Shown here: positions 18,714 through 27,085 of the stretch, in pieces
How positions within the stretch are numbered: position 1 is the first letter of the stretch
How the letters are laid out: each line of letters starts with the position of its first letter
Position numbers and translations under genes: made by a program
Origin: Sphingomonadales bacterium
GTDB lineage: Bacteria > Pseudomonadota > Alphaproteobacteria > Sphingomonadales > Sphingomonadaceae
NCBI GenBank assembly: GCA_031370535.1
Contig: JANMQN010000169.1
Location: forward strand, 26,619-90,618
Direction: 5' to 3'
Length of the DNA stretch: 64,000 bases
The notes under the pieces: model-generated
What the model was told of the DNA's origin: nothing
What the model saw: only the letters and a program-made list of their open reading frames with translations
The model's database searches: none

Positions 18714-19768
18714 GGATCGCCATCGCCACCGATGCATGGGCACCGCAAGTCAACGGTGTTGTCCGCACGCTGGAAATGACGGTCAAGCTGCTGCTGGAGC
18801 GCGGGCACGACGTCAAGATTATCAGTCCAGACCAGTTTAGAACCGTGGCTTGTCCCGGCTATGGTGAAATCCGTTTGGCGTTGGCGCCGCGTTTTGGCCT
18901 CCGCAAGACGCTGGCCGAATTTGTGCCCGACATTGTCCATATATCGACAGAAGGACCGATCGGGTGGAGCACAAGGCGCTGGTGTATGGCGAACGATGTA
19001 CCGTTCACAACGGCATTCCACACGCGCTTTCCGGATTATGCTTCTGTGCGAACCGGCTTATCGCCAGATTTCTTTTGGCCAGTGATGCGACGTTTTCATG
19101 CTCCATCGCGGGCGGTATTGTCGGCGACGCCGCGTTTAAGCGATGAACTTGCCAGCCGTGGAATCATCCACACCAGACCATGGACGCGGGGAATTGATAC
19201 CGCGATTTTTAAACGAGAATTGGTTCTGCATCCCGCACTGGCGAATTTACCACGCCCGATATTATTGTCGGTTGGCAGGGTTGCGATTGAGAAAAACCTC
19301 GACGATTTCCTAAGCGCAGATGTCGCCGGAACCAAAGTGGTCGTGGGCGATGGCCCTGCATTATCAGAGCTCAAAGCGCGTTATCCGGGTGCAGTTTTTA
19401 CCGGCAGTTTGAACGGCTCCGAATTGGCGCAAGCTTATGCGGTAGCAGACGTCTTTGTGTTCCCGAGCAAGACTGACACCTTTGGCCTTGTGATGATCGA
19501 GGCACTTGCGTGCGGCGTGCCGGTCGCGGGCTATTGCGTACCGGGTCCGCTCGATATCGTCGGCGCAAACGGGTTGGGTCCGGCAGATAATTTAACTCAT
19601 CCTGTTGGCGCGGTATCTGAATCGCTTTGCGCAGCCATCGCTGCAGCATTGAAATGCGACCGGAGCAGGGCCGCCGATTATGGTGCGCATTTTACTTGGG
19701 ATAACGCGGCTGACCAGTTTCTGTCAGCGCTGGATTATGCACGGCGTATGTCGGTGCAGGCCGCCTAA
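18710..19768 (+). CDS. agt: GT4 glycosyltransferase, Agt-like (glycosyl/glucuronosyl-diacylglycerol synthase candidate)
   Basis: GTG 18710 overlaps the upstream TGA stop (GTGA). N-terminus VRIAIATDAWAPQVNGVVRTLE. C-terminal GT4 pattern (FVFPSKTDTFGLVMIEALACGVPVA). Confidence 0.7.
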   Translation: MRIAIATDAWAPQVNGVVRTLEMTVKLLLERGHDVKIISPDQFRTVACPGYGEIRLALAPRFGLRKTLAEFVPDIVHISTEGPIGWSTRRWCMANDVPFTTAFHTRFPDYASVRTGLSPDFFWPVMRRFHAPSRAVLSATPRLSDELASRGIIHTRPWTRGIDTAIFKRELVLHPALANLPRPILLSVGRVAIEKNLDDFLSADVAGTKVVVGDGPALSELKARYPGAVFTGSLNGSELAQAYAVADVFVFPSKTDTFGLVMIEALACGVPVAGYCVPGPLDIVGANGLGPADNLTHPVGAVSESLCAAIAAALKCDRSRAADYGAHFTWDNAADQFLSALDYARRMSVQAA

Positions 19769-20658
19769 CCGCGTTGGCGGGTTTGCATGTATGTACCTAG
19801 CAAGCGAACGGAATTACAGTGAAAGCGCAGTTCTTCTAGAGCCCGGTCGACCGAGGCATCTCCTGGCGCGCCTTCGATATCAGCGAAAAATTCGGTCGCG
19901 GCAAAGCTGGCCCCATTCTGGTAGCTTTCCAGCTTGGTCATGTTCACGCCATTGGTCGCAAACCCGCCCATTGCCTTGTAAAGCGCAGCTGGGATGTTTT
20001 TCACCTCGAAGATGAAGGTAGTCATCAGCGTGCCGTCCATCGCCGTCGCATCTGCTGCTTCGCGCGACAGAACGACGAACCTAGTCATATTGCTAGCATC
20101 GTCCTGAATTGCGTCGTTGATCGCCACAAGCCCATATAAAACCGCAGCAATTGACGGGGCGATTGCACCGGCGCTTGGATCATCGCTTCCGGCCACAAAC
20201 GCGGCGGCGGCGGCGGTGTCTGCATATGCCACAGGGATAATGCCATGGTCACGCAAATAATGGCGGCATTGGCCAAGAGCCTGCGGATGGCTCATCGCTG
20301 TGGTCAATTTTGCGTCGGCTGACTTCGCCATCAGGCAATGGCGGATGGGCATAAAATGTTCGGCAATGATGCTCAGGCCGGATTCCGGTAAAAGGAAATG
20401 AATGTCTGCAACACGGCCATGCAGCGAATTTTCAATCGGGATGATGGCACGAGCGGCCGTGCCATCCTTGACCGCATCAATGGCATCTTCGAAAGAAAAA
20501 CAGGGAAGCGGCAAACAGCCAGCGTCGAATTCCAGCGCAGCCAAATGCGAATTCGCGCCTGGCGCACCCTGAAATGCCACTGCGCGTGCCGGTTCGGTAG
20601 CGGCAGCGGAGGTCATTTCCTTGACCTTTACGAGTGCGGTAGCAGGATAGCTGTCCAT
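19765..20658 (-). CDS. pheA: prephenate dehydratase
   Basis: PDT domain (VAFQGAPGANSH, IPIENSLHGRV, NMTRFVVL) followed by a C-terminal ACT-like domain. Start is uncertain: ATG 20658 or 20616. The track ORF begins at 20697. Confidence 0.88.
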   Translation of the reverse strand: MDSYPATALVKVKEMTSAAATEPARAVAFQGAPGANSHLAALEFDAGCLPLPCFSFEDAIDAVKDGTAARAIIPIENSLHGRVADIHFLLPESGLSIIAEHFMPIRHCLMAKSADAKLTTAMSHPQALGQCRHYLRDHGIIPVAYADTAAAAAFVAGSDDPSAGAIAPSIAAVLYGLVAINDAIQDDASNMTRFVVLSREAADATAMDGTLMTTFIFEVKNIPAALYKAMGGFATNGVNMTKLESYQNGASFAATEFFADIEGAPGDASVDRALEELRFHCNSVRLLGTYMQTRQRG

Positions 20659-20805
20659 AACGTTCGTCGCGTTAGGGCAGGGGAACTTATCCGGCAAGAC
20701 CGGATTTCGGCACTTGCACGGCTACCCTTCGGTCATTAGAGGGACGGGAGAATCCGGCGGACCCCGTTGCCGCCCGTACACAACCGCACATCAGGGCTGA
20801 TATTC

Positions 20806-21447
20806 ATGGACGATCGCAGTAACACCATCGCTGGCTGGGTTTTAGCAGGCGGAATCGCCGCACTCGGTTTCACCATAGTTTCCGGCATGTATTTTCATGG
20901 TGAAGCACCGGAAAAGCCTGGCTACGCTATTCAGGGTGTTGAAAGCGGCGACGCCGGCGCGGCTGCAGCGGTACCGATTGCGACACTGCTTGCAACTGCT
21001 GATGTCGCCAAGGGTGAGGCAATTTTCAAGAAATGCGTTGCCTGCCACACTATTGCTGCGGGCGGTGCCGATGGTATCGGTCCCAATTTGCACGGCGTAG
21101 TTGGCCGCGCCCTCGCCAGTGGCGCACACGCCTATTCCGAAGCGTTAAAAGGAAAGGGCGGCAATTGGACATTCGAGGCACTGAACGAATGGCTTTCCAA
21201 TCCGAAAAAATATGTACCCGGTAACAAGATGACATTTGCAGGCTTGGGAAATCCCGAAGAACGTGCGGCTGTTATTCTGTACCTGAATTCGCAAGGCTCG
21301 AACCTTCCGTTGCCTGCGGCTCCGGCAGCTGCCGCCGAAGGTGCGGCGCCCGTTGCAGATACAGCGGCTGCCACCGGCCAAGAAACGGCGGCGACCCCGG
21401 CTACTGATGCGCCTACTCAGGCTCCTGCGCAGGCCGCTCCGCAATAG
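20806..21447 (+). CDS. membrane-anchored class I c-type cytochrome
   Basis: N-terminal TM helix (IAGWVLAGGIAALGFTIVSG), heme site CVACH, distal GNKMTFAG, and an Ala/Pro-rich tail. Start at ATG 20806. Confidence 0.85.
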   Translation: MDDRSNTIAGWVLAGGIAALGFTIVSGMYFHGEAPEKPGYAIQGVESGDAGAAAAVPIATLLATADVAKGEAIFKKCVACHTIAAGGADGIGPNLHGVVGRALASGAHAYSEALKGKGGNWTFEALNEWLSNPKKYVPGNKMTFAGLGNPEERAAVILYLNSQGSNLPLPAAPAAAAEGAAPVADTAAATGQETAATPATDAPTQAPAQAAPQ

Positions 21448-21468
21448 TCGGCTGCCAGAGTTTCGACC

Positions 21469-22338
21469 CTAGCAGTTTTGGATGTTATAGAAATCGCGGA
21501 TTGCGGCCCAAGCTTCCTCGGCCGTCTCGACGAACTGGAAAAGGTCCAGATCTGGTGGGCTGATGACGCCTTCAAGCATCAGTTCTTCAAAATTGACGAC
21601 TCGGTTCCAGAATTCTTCACCGAATAACAATATCGGCATTTTCTTGACCTTGCCGGTCTGCACCAATGTCAGCAGTTCGAAGAATTCGTCGAATGTACCG
21701 AAACCGCCGGGGAATACGGCAAGTGCGCGCGCGCGAAGCAGGAAGTGCATTTTGCGAAGCGCAAAATAATGGAACTGGAAACTCAGGTCTGGCGTGACGT
21801 AAATGTTGGGCGCCTGTTCGTGCGGCAAAACGATGTTTAAACCGATCGACTCCGCACCGACATCGTGGGCACCACGATTGGCCGCCTCCATAATCGAAGG
21901 GCCGCCGCCCGAGCATACCACGAAATGACGTTTGCCGTTTTCGTCGGTGACCGCACATTCACTGGCAAGCCGTGCCAGCTTGCGCGATTCTTCATAATAG
22001 CGCGATTTGTCCTTCATACGTTCGGCGATGATTTTGCCTCGTTCGTCAGTCGCCAGCGCAACCAACGCATCGGCGGCTTCGGGCTCGGGTATTCGCGCCG
22101 AGCCATAGATAACCAGCGTCGAAGCAATATTAGCCTCTTCGAGCAGCATTTCAGTCTTTAGCAGCTCAAGCTGAAAGCGGACGGGCCGCAACTCTTCGCG
22201 CAACAAAAACTCGGTATCCTGAAATGCCAGGCGGTAGGATGCGCTTTGGGTTTGGGGGGTGGAAAGCTGCTTTTCGGCGAAGCCAGCTTCCTGCTTGGCT
22301 TTATAGAACCTGCGGTCCGATACGTCTTTTTCTGTCAT
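21469..22338 (-). CDS. LOG family / TIGR00730 Rossmann-fold protein
   Basis: VVCSGGGPSIMEAANRGA and PGGFGTFDEFFELLTLVQTGK are the LOG-family signatures (PGGxGTxxE). I moved the start to ATG 22338 to clear the upstream gene's stop at 22379. Confidence 0.8.
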   Translation of the reverse strand: MTEKDVSDRRFYKAKQEAGFAEKQLSTPQTQSASYRLAFQDTEFLLREELRPVRFQLELLKTEMLLEEANIASTLVIYGSARIPEPEAADALVALATDERGKIIAERMKDKSRYYEESRKLARLASECAVTDENGKRHFVVCSGGGPSIMEAANRGAHDVGAESIGLNIVLPHEQAPNIYVTPDLSFQFHYFALRKMHFLLRARALAVFPGGFGTFDEFFELLTLVQTGKVKKMPILLFGEEFWNRVVNFEELMLEGVISPPDLDLFQFVETAEEAWAAIRDFYNIQNC

Positions 22339-22378
22339 TGGGCGGCGTTTAGGCTCGTAGCCGGGGTTTTGCCACCCC

Positions 22379-23047
22379 TTATCGGCAATATGCCGAACCA
22401 TCTTTCATGGATTGCGCCATGTCGAAATGGAAATGATTGGCGTGCGCGCCGTTATAATCGGGGCCAAGTACCGTGCCGAACCTTTTGCACGCCGACTGGT
22501 GCAAACGACGGAGGAAATCCTGTTCAGATTTTGGACCGCGCCATCCTTTCAATACCGACACCCTTCGACCGTCCCGCAGGACGAATGCCGAGATATCGAT
22601 GGCATTGCCAAAAGCATGTTGCGATAATCTGTCCGACCGTCCGCCATTGATGTTGCGGCAGCTATAGGTGCCCATGGTTTCGATCCGAACGACCTCGGAT
22701 CCCAGATATTGCTTTGCCGCTGGCCGCACCGCATTTTGCGCCCATGCGGTGAAATTCGCCGCAAGCGGGCAGGTCATTGCGCCCAAGTTGGTGGTCGGGG
22801 TACCGAAATCCATGAGTTTGATGGTGTCGATCGTGCGGCAACCGCCGCCGAAGCTTTGATTGGGGAGAGCCGCGAATTTTACCGATTTCGATTTGAGATC
22901 GGTCAGGCACATACGCGCGTCGGCGGTTTTGAATACGTCATTTGGACGTTGAACGATTTGCTGGTCTTCGCGCCCACCGCAGGCAGCAAGACCCAGCAGG
23001 GCCGCAGCAGTCATCACGATTTGCACAGCGCGTAAAACCATCCTCAC
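22379..23047 (-). CDS. extensin-like C-terminal domain lipoprotein
   Basis: Lipobox LLGLAAC. The C-terminus (SQHAFGNAIDISAF ... YNGAHANHFHFD) is typical of the extensin-like bacterial family. Start is GTG 23047 or ATG 23041. Confidence 0.7.
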   Translation of the reverse strand: MRMVLRAVQIVMTAAALLGLAACGGREDQQIVQRPNDVFKTADARMCLTDLKSKSVKFAALPNQSFGGGCRTIDTIKLMDFGTPTTNLGAMTCPLAANFTAWAQNAVRPAAKQYLGSEVVRIETMGTYSCRNINGGRSDRLSQHAFGNAIDISAFVLRDGRRVSVLKGWRGPKSEQDFLRRLHQSACKRFGTVLGPDYNGAHANHFHFDMAQSMKDGSAYCR

Positions 23048-23179
23048 AATTTAGCGATTCGTGGTTAACAGGCCGTCAATTTTTTGACGTGGCGCCGTTA
23101 TCTAGCCTGTTCCAAACACCGGTCAGCGATTAACTGGTCTGCCAGACTTTGTGACAAAATCGGGATTGCGCGAACCGGA

Positions 23180-23788
23180 ATGCGAACCTATCAGAAACCC
23201 GTGTTGCGAATCGTTCTTAACAACAAATATGTCTTCTGGGTTTTGCTGGCTATTCCAGCCGCCTCCATGCTGTGCGCCTATCAAAGCGGTGACATTATCG
23301 CGATGGACATGCTTTACCCGACCGGCGAATGGTCCGCGCGTTTCATGATCATTGCGATGATTTTCAGCCCGCTTGTTGCGGTCCTAGGTCCAAAGCCTTG
23401 GCTCAACTGGTTGGTCAAACGCCGCCGGGCACTAGGTGTAGCGGCCTTTGCCTATGCAGTGCTGCACCTTTTTTTCTACCTCATCGACATGGGCAATCTC
23501 AACGACATCCTTGCCGAATTCTGGGCGCTGGGGATCTGGACGGGTTGGGCCGCGATGCTGTTGTTTGTACCGCTGGCAATGACAAGCAATGACGCTTCGG
23601 TCCGCGCGTTAAAGGCGGGGTGGAAGCGTCTGCAAAGACTGGTTTATCCGGCGGCGTTGCTGGTTCTCGTCCATTGGATATTTATCCACAATAATTTAGT
23701 TCCGGCGATCGTCCACTTCGTTCCACTCGCGGCGCTGGTCGTCGCCAGATATTTCCTCGTCCCCAAACTAACCCCAAAAGGAGCATGA
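23180..23788 (+). CDS. ferric-reductase-like transmembrane (YedZ/MsrQ-like) heme-b protein
   Basis: About 200 aa with about 6 TM helices. RRALGVAAFAYAVLHLFFY and WKRLQRLVYPAALLVLVHW align with the His-ligand helices of E. coli MsrQ. No msrP gene is adjacent. Confidence 0.7.
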   Translation: MRTYQKPVLRIVLNNKYVFWVLLAIPAASMLCAYQSGDIIAMDMLYPTGEWSARFMIIAMIFSPLVAVLGPKPWLNWLVKRRRALGVAAFAYAVLHLFFYLIDMGNLNDILAEFWALGIWTGWAAMLLFVPLAMTSNDASVRALKAGWKRLQRLVYPAALLVLVHWIFIHNNLVPAIVHFVPLAALVVARYFLVPKLTPKGA

Positions 23789-24105
23789 ACATGCGTGTAT
23801 TTTCTACTCTCATCCTTGGAGCCGCTGCAGCCTTTGTATTGGCATCCGCGCCAGCATCGGCGACCGGCGTCATTACCTGCAAGGCTGGTCCGCAATCCGG
23901 CTGGAAAAGCCAGGAGGCTTTAACCTCCAAATTGACCAAAGAAGGCTGGACTGTCCGCAAGTCCAAGGTCGATGGGGGTTGCTATGAAGTGTATGGCACC
24001 ACCCCAGAAGGTGACCGGGTCGAAGCCTATTTCCACCCCGTCACGCTCGAAAAGCTCTATGTCGGCCGCCGCGGCGAAGTACTGTTTCGCAAGACCGGTT
24101 ACTGA
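23785..24105 (+). CDS. small secreted PepSY-type domain protein
   Basis: ATGA overlap with the upstream stop. Signal peptide ends ASA-TG. EGWTVRKSKVDGGCYEVYGTTPEGDRVEAYFHPVT is PepSY_2-like. Confidence 0.6.
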   Translation: MNMRVFSTLILGAAAAFVLASAPASATGVITCKAGPQSGWKSQEALTSKLTKEGWTVRKSKVDGGCYEVYGTTPEGDRVEAYFHPVTLEKLYVGRRGEVLFRKTGY

Positions 24106-24209
24106 AGACAAAAAAGCGATAGTCGTTGACAAAACCGGGGCCGCAACTAAACGCGGCTCCGGGCCACGCGGTCCCAACGCCGCGCTGCTCTCTGCAAGGA
24201 GAAGCTTAA

Positions 24210-25334
24210 ATGACTATCAGTAAACCCGCCGTCAAGCCGGCGCGTCCGTTCTTTTCTTCCGGTCCGTGCGCTAAGCCGCCGGGTTGGGAAGCCTCCAAAT
24301 TAGCAACCGAATCGCTGGGCCGTTCGCACCGCGCGAAGATCGGCAAGTCGCGTCTGCAGCTCGCCATCGACCTGATGCGCGAGGTTCTTCAGGTCCCCGA
24401 CACGCATCGTATTGGCATCGTGCCAGCGTCGGACACTGGCGCCTATGAAATGGCCATGTGGACGATGCTCGGCGCGCGTCCTGTGACCGCAACCGCATGG
24501 GAAAGCTTTGGCGAGGGTTGGGTCACTGATGCCGTCAAGCAACTCAAAATCGAGCCAAATGTCATACGCGCTGATTATGGGCAGCTGCCCAATATGGCAG
24601 CGATCGACCAAAGCCACGATGTGCTGTTCACCTGGAATGGCACGACCTCCGGCGTTCGCGTTCCCAATGGTCATTGGATCAGCGACACCCGCGAAGGCCT
24701 GACCTTCAACGACGCGACCAGCGCGGTATTTGCGTACGACATGCCTTGGGAAAAGCTCGATGTGACGACCTTCTCTTGGCAAAAAGTTTTGGGCGGCGAG
24801 GGCGCACACGGCGTTATCATTCTGGGCCCGCGTGCTGTCGAGCGGCTCGAAACGTACACGCCTTCATGGCCGTTGCCCAAGATTTTCCGGTTGATGGCCA
24901 AGGGCGCTTTGGCTGAAGGTGTCTTCAAGGGCGAAACCATTAACACGCCGTCGATGCTGGCAGTTGAAGACGTTATCTTCGCGCTCGAATGGGCCAAGAG
25001 CGTCGGCGGGCTGCAAGGGTTAATGGCCCGATCGAATGCCAATGCGGTGGCACTCAGCAAGATTGTCGAAGAGCGTGCATGGCTGGATCATCTAGCTGCT
25101 GATGAAGCGACAAGGTCCAAGACCTCGGTCTGCCTTACCGTCGAAGGCGCTGACGAGGTGTTCATCAAAAAATTCGCCGGTCTTCTTGAAGCCGAAGGTG
25201 CCGCGTTCGACATTGCCGGTTATCGCGACGCTCCGCCGGGTCTGCGTATCTGGTGCGGTGCGACCGTTGATACCGCCGACATCGAAGCGCTCGGGCCGTG
25301 GCTCGATTGGGCTTACGCCGAGCTAACCTCTTAA
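24210..25334 (+). CDS. serC: phosphoserine aminotransferase (alphaproteobacterial short type)
   Basis: RPFFSSGPCAKPPGW, GRSHRAK and IVPASDTGAYEMAMW are present. It sits immediately upstream of serA. Confidence 0.92.
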   Translation: MTISKPAVKPARPFFSSGPCAKPPGWEASKLATESLGRSHRAKIGKSRLQLAIDLMREVLQVPDTHRIGIVPASDTGAYEMAMWTMLGARPVTATAWESFGEGWVTDAVKQLKIEPNVIRADYGQLPNMAAIDQSHDVLFTWNGTTSGVRVPNGHWISDTREGLTFNDATSAVFAYDMPWEKLDVTTFSWQKVLGGEGAHGVIILGPRAVERLETYTPSWPLPKIFRLMAKGALAEGVFKGETINTPSMLAVEDVIFALEWAKSVGGLQGLMARSNANAVALSKIVEERAWLDHLAADEATRSKTSVCLTVEGADEVFIKKFAGLLEAEGAAFDIAGYRDAPPGLRIWCGATVDTADIEALGPWLDWAYAELTS

Positions 25335-25341
25335 TCTCAAT

Positions 25342-25436
25342 TCGTCACCCTGAACTTGTTTCAGGTCTTACTTCTACCGATGAAATTAAGATGCTGGAAC
25401 GAAATGACTAGAGGTCAAACAAATTCAGCATGACGA
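25342..25436. repeat. about 95-bp palindromic MITE/REP-like intergenic element between serC and serA
   Basis: The left end TCGTCACCCTGAACTTGTTTCA and the reverse complement of the right end (TCGTCATGCTGAATTTGTTTGA) match at 18 of 22 positions. The left arm also self-folds (CCTGAA-cttgt-TTCAGG). Confidence 0.55.
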
Positions 25437-25460
25437 TATTTTAAAACGGAACCACATCCA

Positions 25461-27044
25461 ATGACCAAACCACGCATACTTATCTCCGACCAAATGGACC
25501 CAAAAGCCGAGCAAATCTTCCGTGAACGCGGCTGTGATGTCGATGTCATCACCGGCAAGACACCCGAAGAGTTGAAAGCAATCATCGGCCAATATGATGG
25601 TCTGGCTATCCGTTCGACAACGAAGCTGACCAAGGAACTCATCGAAGCGGCAACCAATCTCAAGGTCGTCGGCCGCGCCGGGATTGGCGTCGATAATATC
25701 GACATCCCTGCCGCATCGGTGAAGGGTATCGTTGTGATGAACACGCCGTTCGGAAACTCGATCACCACCGCCGAGCACGCCATCGCCCTAATGTTCGCGC
25801 TCGCCCGCCAACTACCGGAGGCCGACGCCTCGACGCAGGCCGGCAAGTGGGAGAAGAACCGCTTCATGGGTGTCGAAGTCACCGGCAAAACGCTGGGCCT
25901 GATCGGTGCAGGTAACATTGGCTCAATCGTTGCCAGCCGCGCGCTCGGCCTTAAAATGAAGGTTGTCGCGTTCGATCCGTTCCTCACCGCCGAGCGCGCG
26001 GTCGAGATGGGCGTCGAAAAGGCTAACCTCGATACGTTGCTCGCCAAGGCCGATTTCATTACCTTGCACACACCTTTGACCGATCAAACGCGCAACATTT
26101 TGAGCCGCGAAAATATCGCCAAGTGCAAGAAGGGTGTCCGCATCATCAACTGTGCGCGCGGCGGTTTGGTTGACGAAGCAGCACTCAAGGATGCACTTGA
26201 CAGCGGGCAAGTCGGCGGTGCGGCGCTTGATGTGTTCCAGACCGAACCCGCCAAGGAATCGCCCTTGTTCGGCACGCCAAATTTCATCTCGACGCCGCAT
26301 CTTGGTGCATCAACCGATGAGGCGCAGGTCAACGTCGCAATCCAGGTGGCAGAGCAATTGTCGGATTATCTTGTCAATGGCGGGGTCACCAACGCGCTCA
26401 ACATGCCTAGCCTAAGCGCCGAAGAGGCGCCGAAGTTGAGGCCATATATGACGCTGGCAGAAAAGCTGGGCTCGCTCGTGGGTCAGCTCGCCCATGACAA
26501 TCTCGATAACATCGCCATCGAAGTCGAGGGTGCTGCGGCCGAATTGAATATCAAACCAATTACGGCTGCGGTTCTTTCCGGTTTCATGCGCCGCTTTTCC
26601 GACGCAGTGAACATGGTCAATGCGCCATATCTCGCCAAGGAGCGTGGCTTCGATATCCGCGAAGTGCGGCACGACAAGACCGGGGCCTACCACACGCTGA
26701 TTCGCGTCACGGTAAACACCGCGGCCGGTGCGCGTTCGGTTGCTGGAACGTTGTTCGGTAACGGCGAAGCACGTCTGGTCGAGATTTTCGGAATCAGCCT
26801 TGAGGCCGAGCTTGAGGGCAATATGCTCTACATCGTCAACGAAGATGCACCTGGCTTCATCGGCCGCGTCGGCACAACCCTGGGCGAAGCGGGCCTCAAC
26901 ATCGGCACATTCCATCTGGGCCGCCGCAGCGCAGGCGGCGAGGCGGTTTTGTTGCTATCGATGGACGCTGAAATTGAGGAGCCAATCCTCTGGCAGGTGT
27001 GCAAACTTCCCGGTGTGAAGACCGTGAAGGCGTTGAAGTTCTGA
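25461..27044 (+). CDS. serA: D-3-phosphoglycerate dehydrogenase
   Basis: 527 aa. GLIGAGNIGSIVA, CARGGLVDEAAL, LDVF..EP and TPHLGAST are present, followed by C-terminal ASB and ACT domains. Confidence 0.95.
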   Translation: MTKPRILISDQMDPKAEQIFRERGCDVDVITGKTPEELKAIIGQYDGLAIRSTTKLTKELIEAATNLKVVGRAGIGVDNIDIPAASVKGIVVMNTPFGNSITTAEHAIALMFALARQLPEADASTQAGKWEKNRFMGVEVTGKTLGLIGAGNIGSIVASRALGLKMKVVAFDPFLTAERAVEMGVEKANLDTLLAKADFITLHTPLTDQTRNILSRENIAKCKKGVRIINCARGGLVDEAALKDALDSGQVGGAALDVFQTEPAKESPLFGTPNFISTPHLGASTDEAQVNVAIQVAEQLSDYLVNGGVTNALNMPSLSAEEAPKLRPYMTLAEKLGSLVGQLAHDNLDNIAIEVEGAAAELNIKPITAAVLSGFMRRFSDAVNMVNAPYLAKERGFDIREVRHDKTGAYHTLIRVTVNTAAGARSVAGTLFGNGEARLVEIFGISLEAELEGNMLYIVNEDAPGFIGRVGTTLGEAGLNIGTFHLGRRSAGGEAVLLLSMDAEIEEPILWQVCKLPGVKTVKALKF

Positions 27045-27085
27045 ACTGGGCTTCCCCCTTCAGGCTTTTCGCGTAAAGAGCGCGC

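Noticed and set aside
23074-23089. Palindrome CGTCAA-tttt-TTGACG in the divergent extensin-like / msrQ-like promoter region
   Set aside because: It is short and AT-rich at the centre, so it is easily a chance occurrence overlapping -35-like TTGAC hexamers. There is no supporting second copy.
24144-24171. 10-bp stem (CCGGGGCCGC / GCGGCTCCGG) between the PepSY gene and serC
   Set aside because: It has one wobble pair, no U-tract and no known motif. It could be a weak terminator or nothing, so I did not call it as a feature.
25415-26071. 218-aa minus-strand ORF
   Set aside because: It is a shadow ORF antisense to serA.
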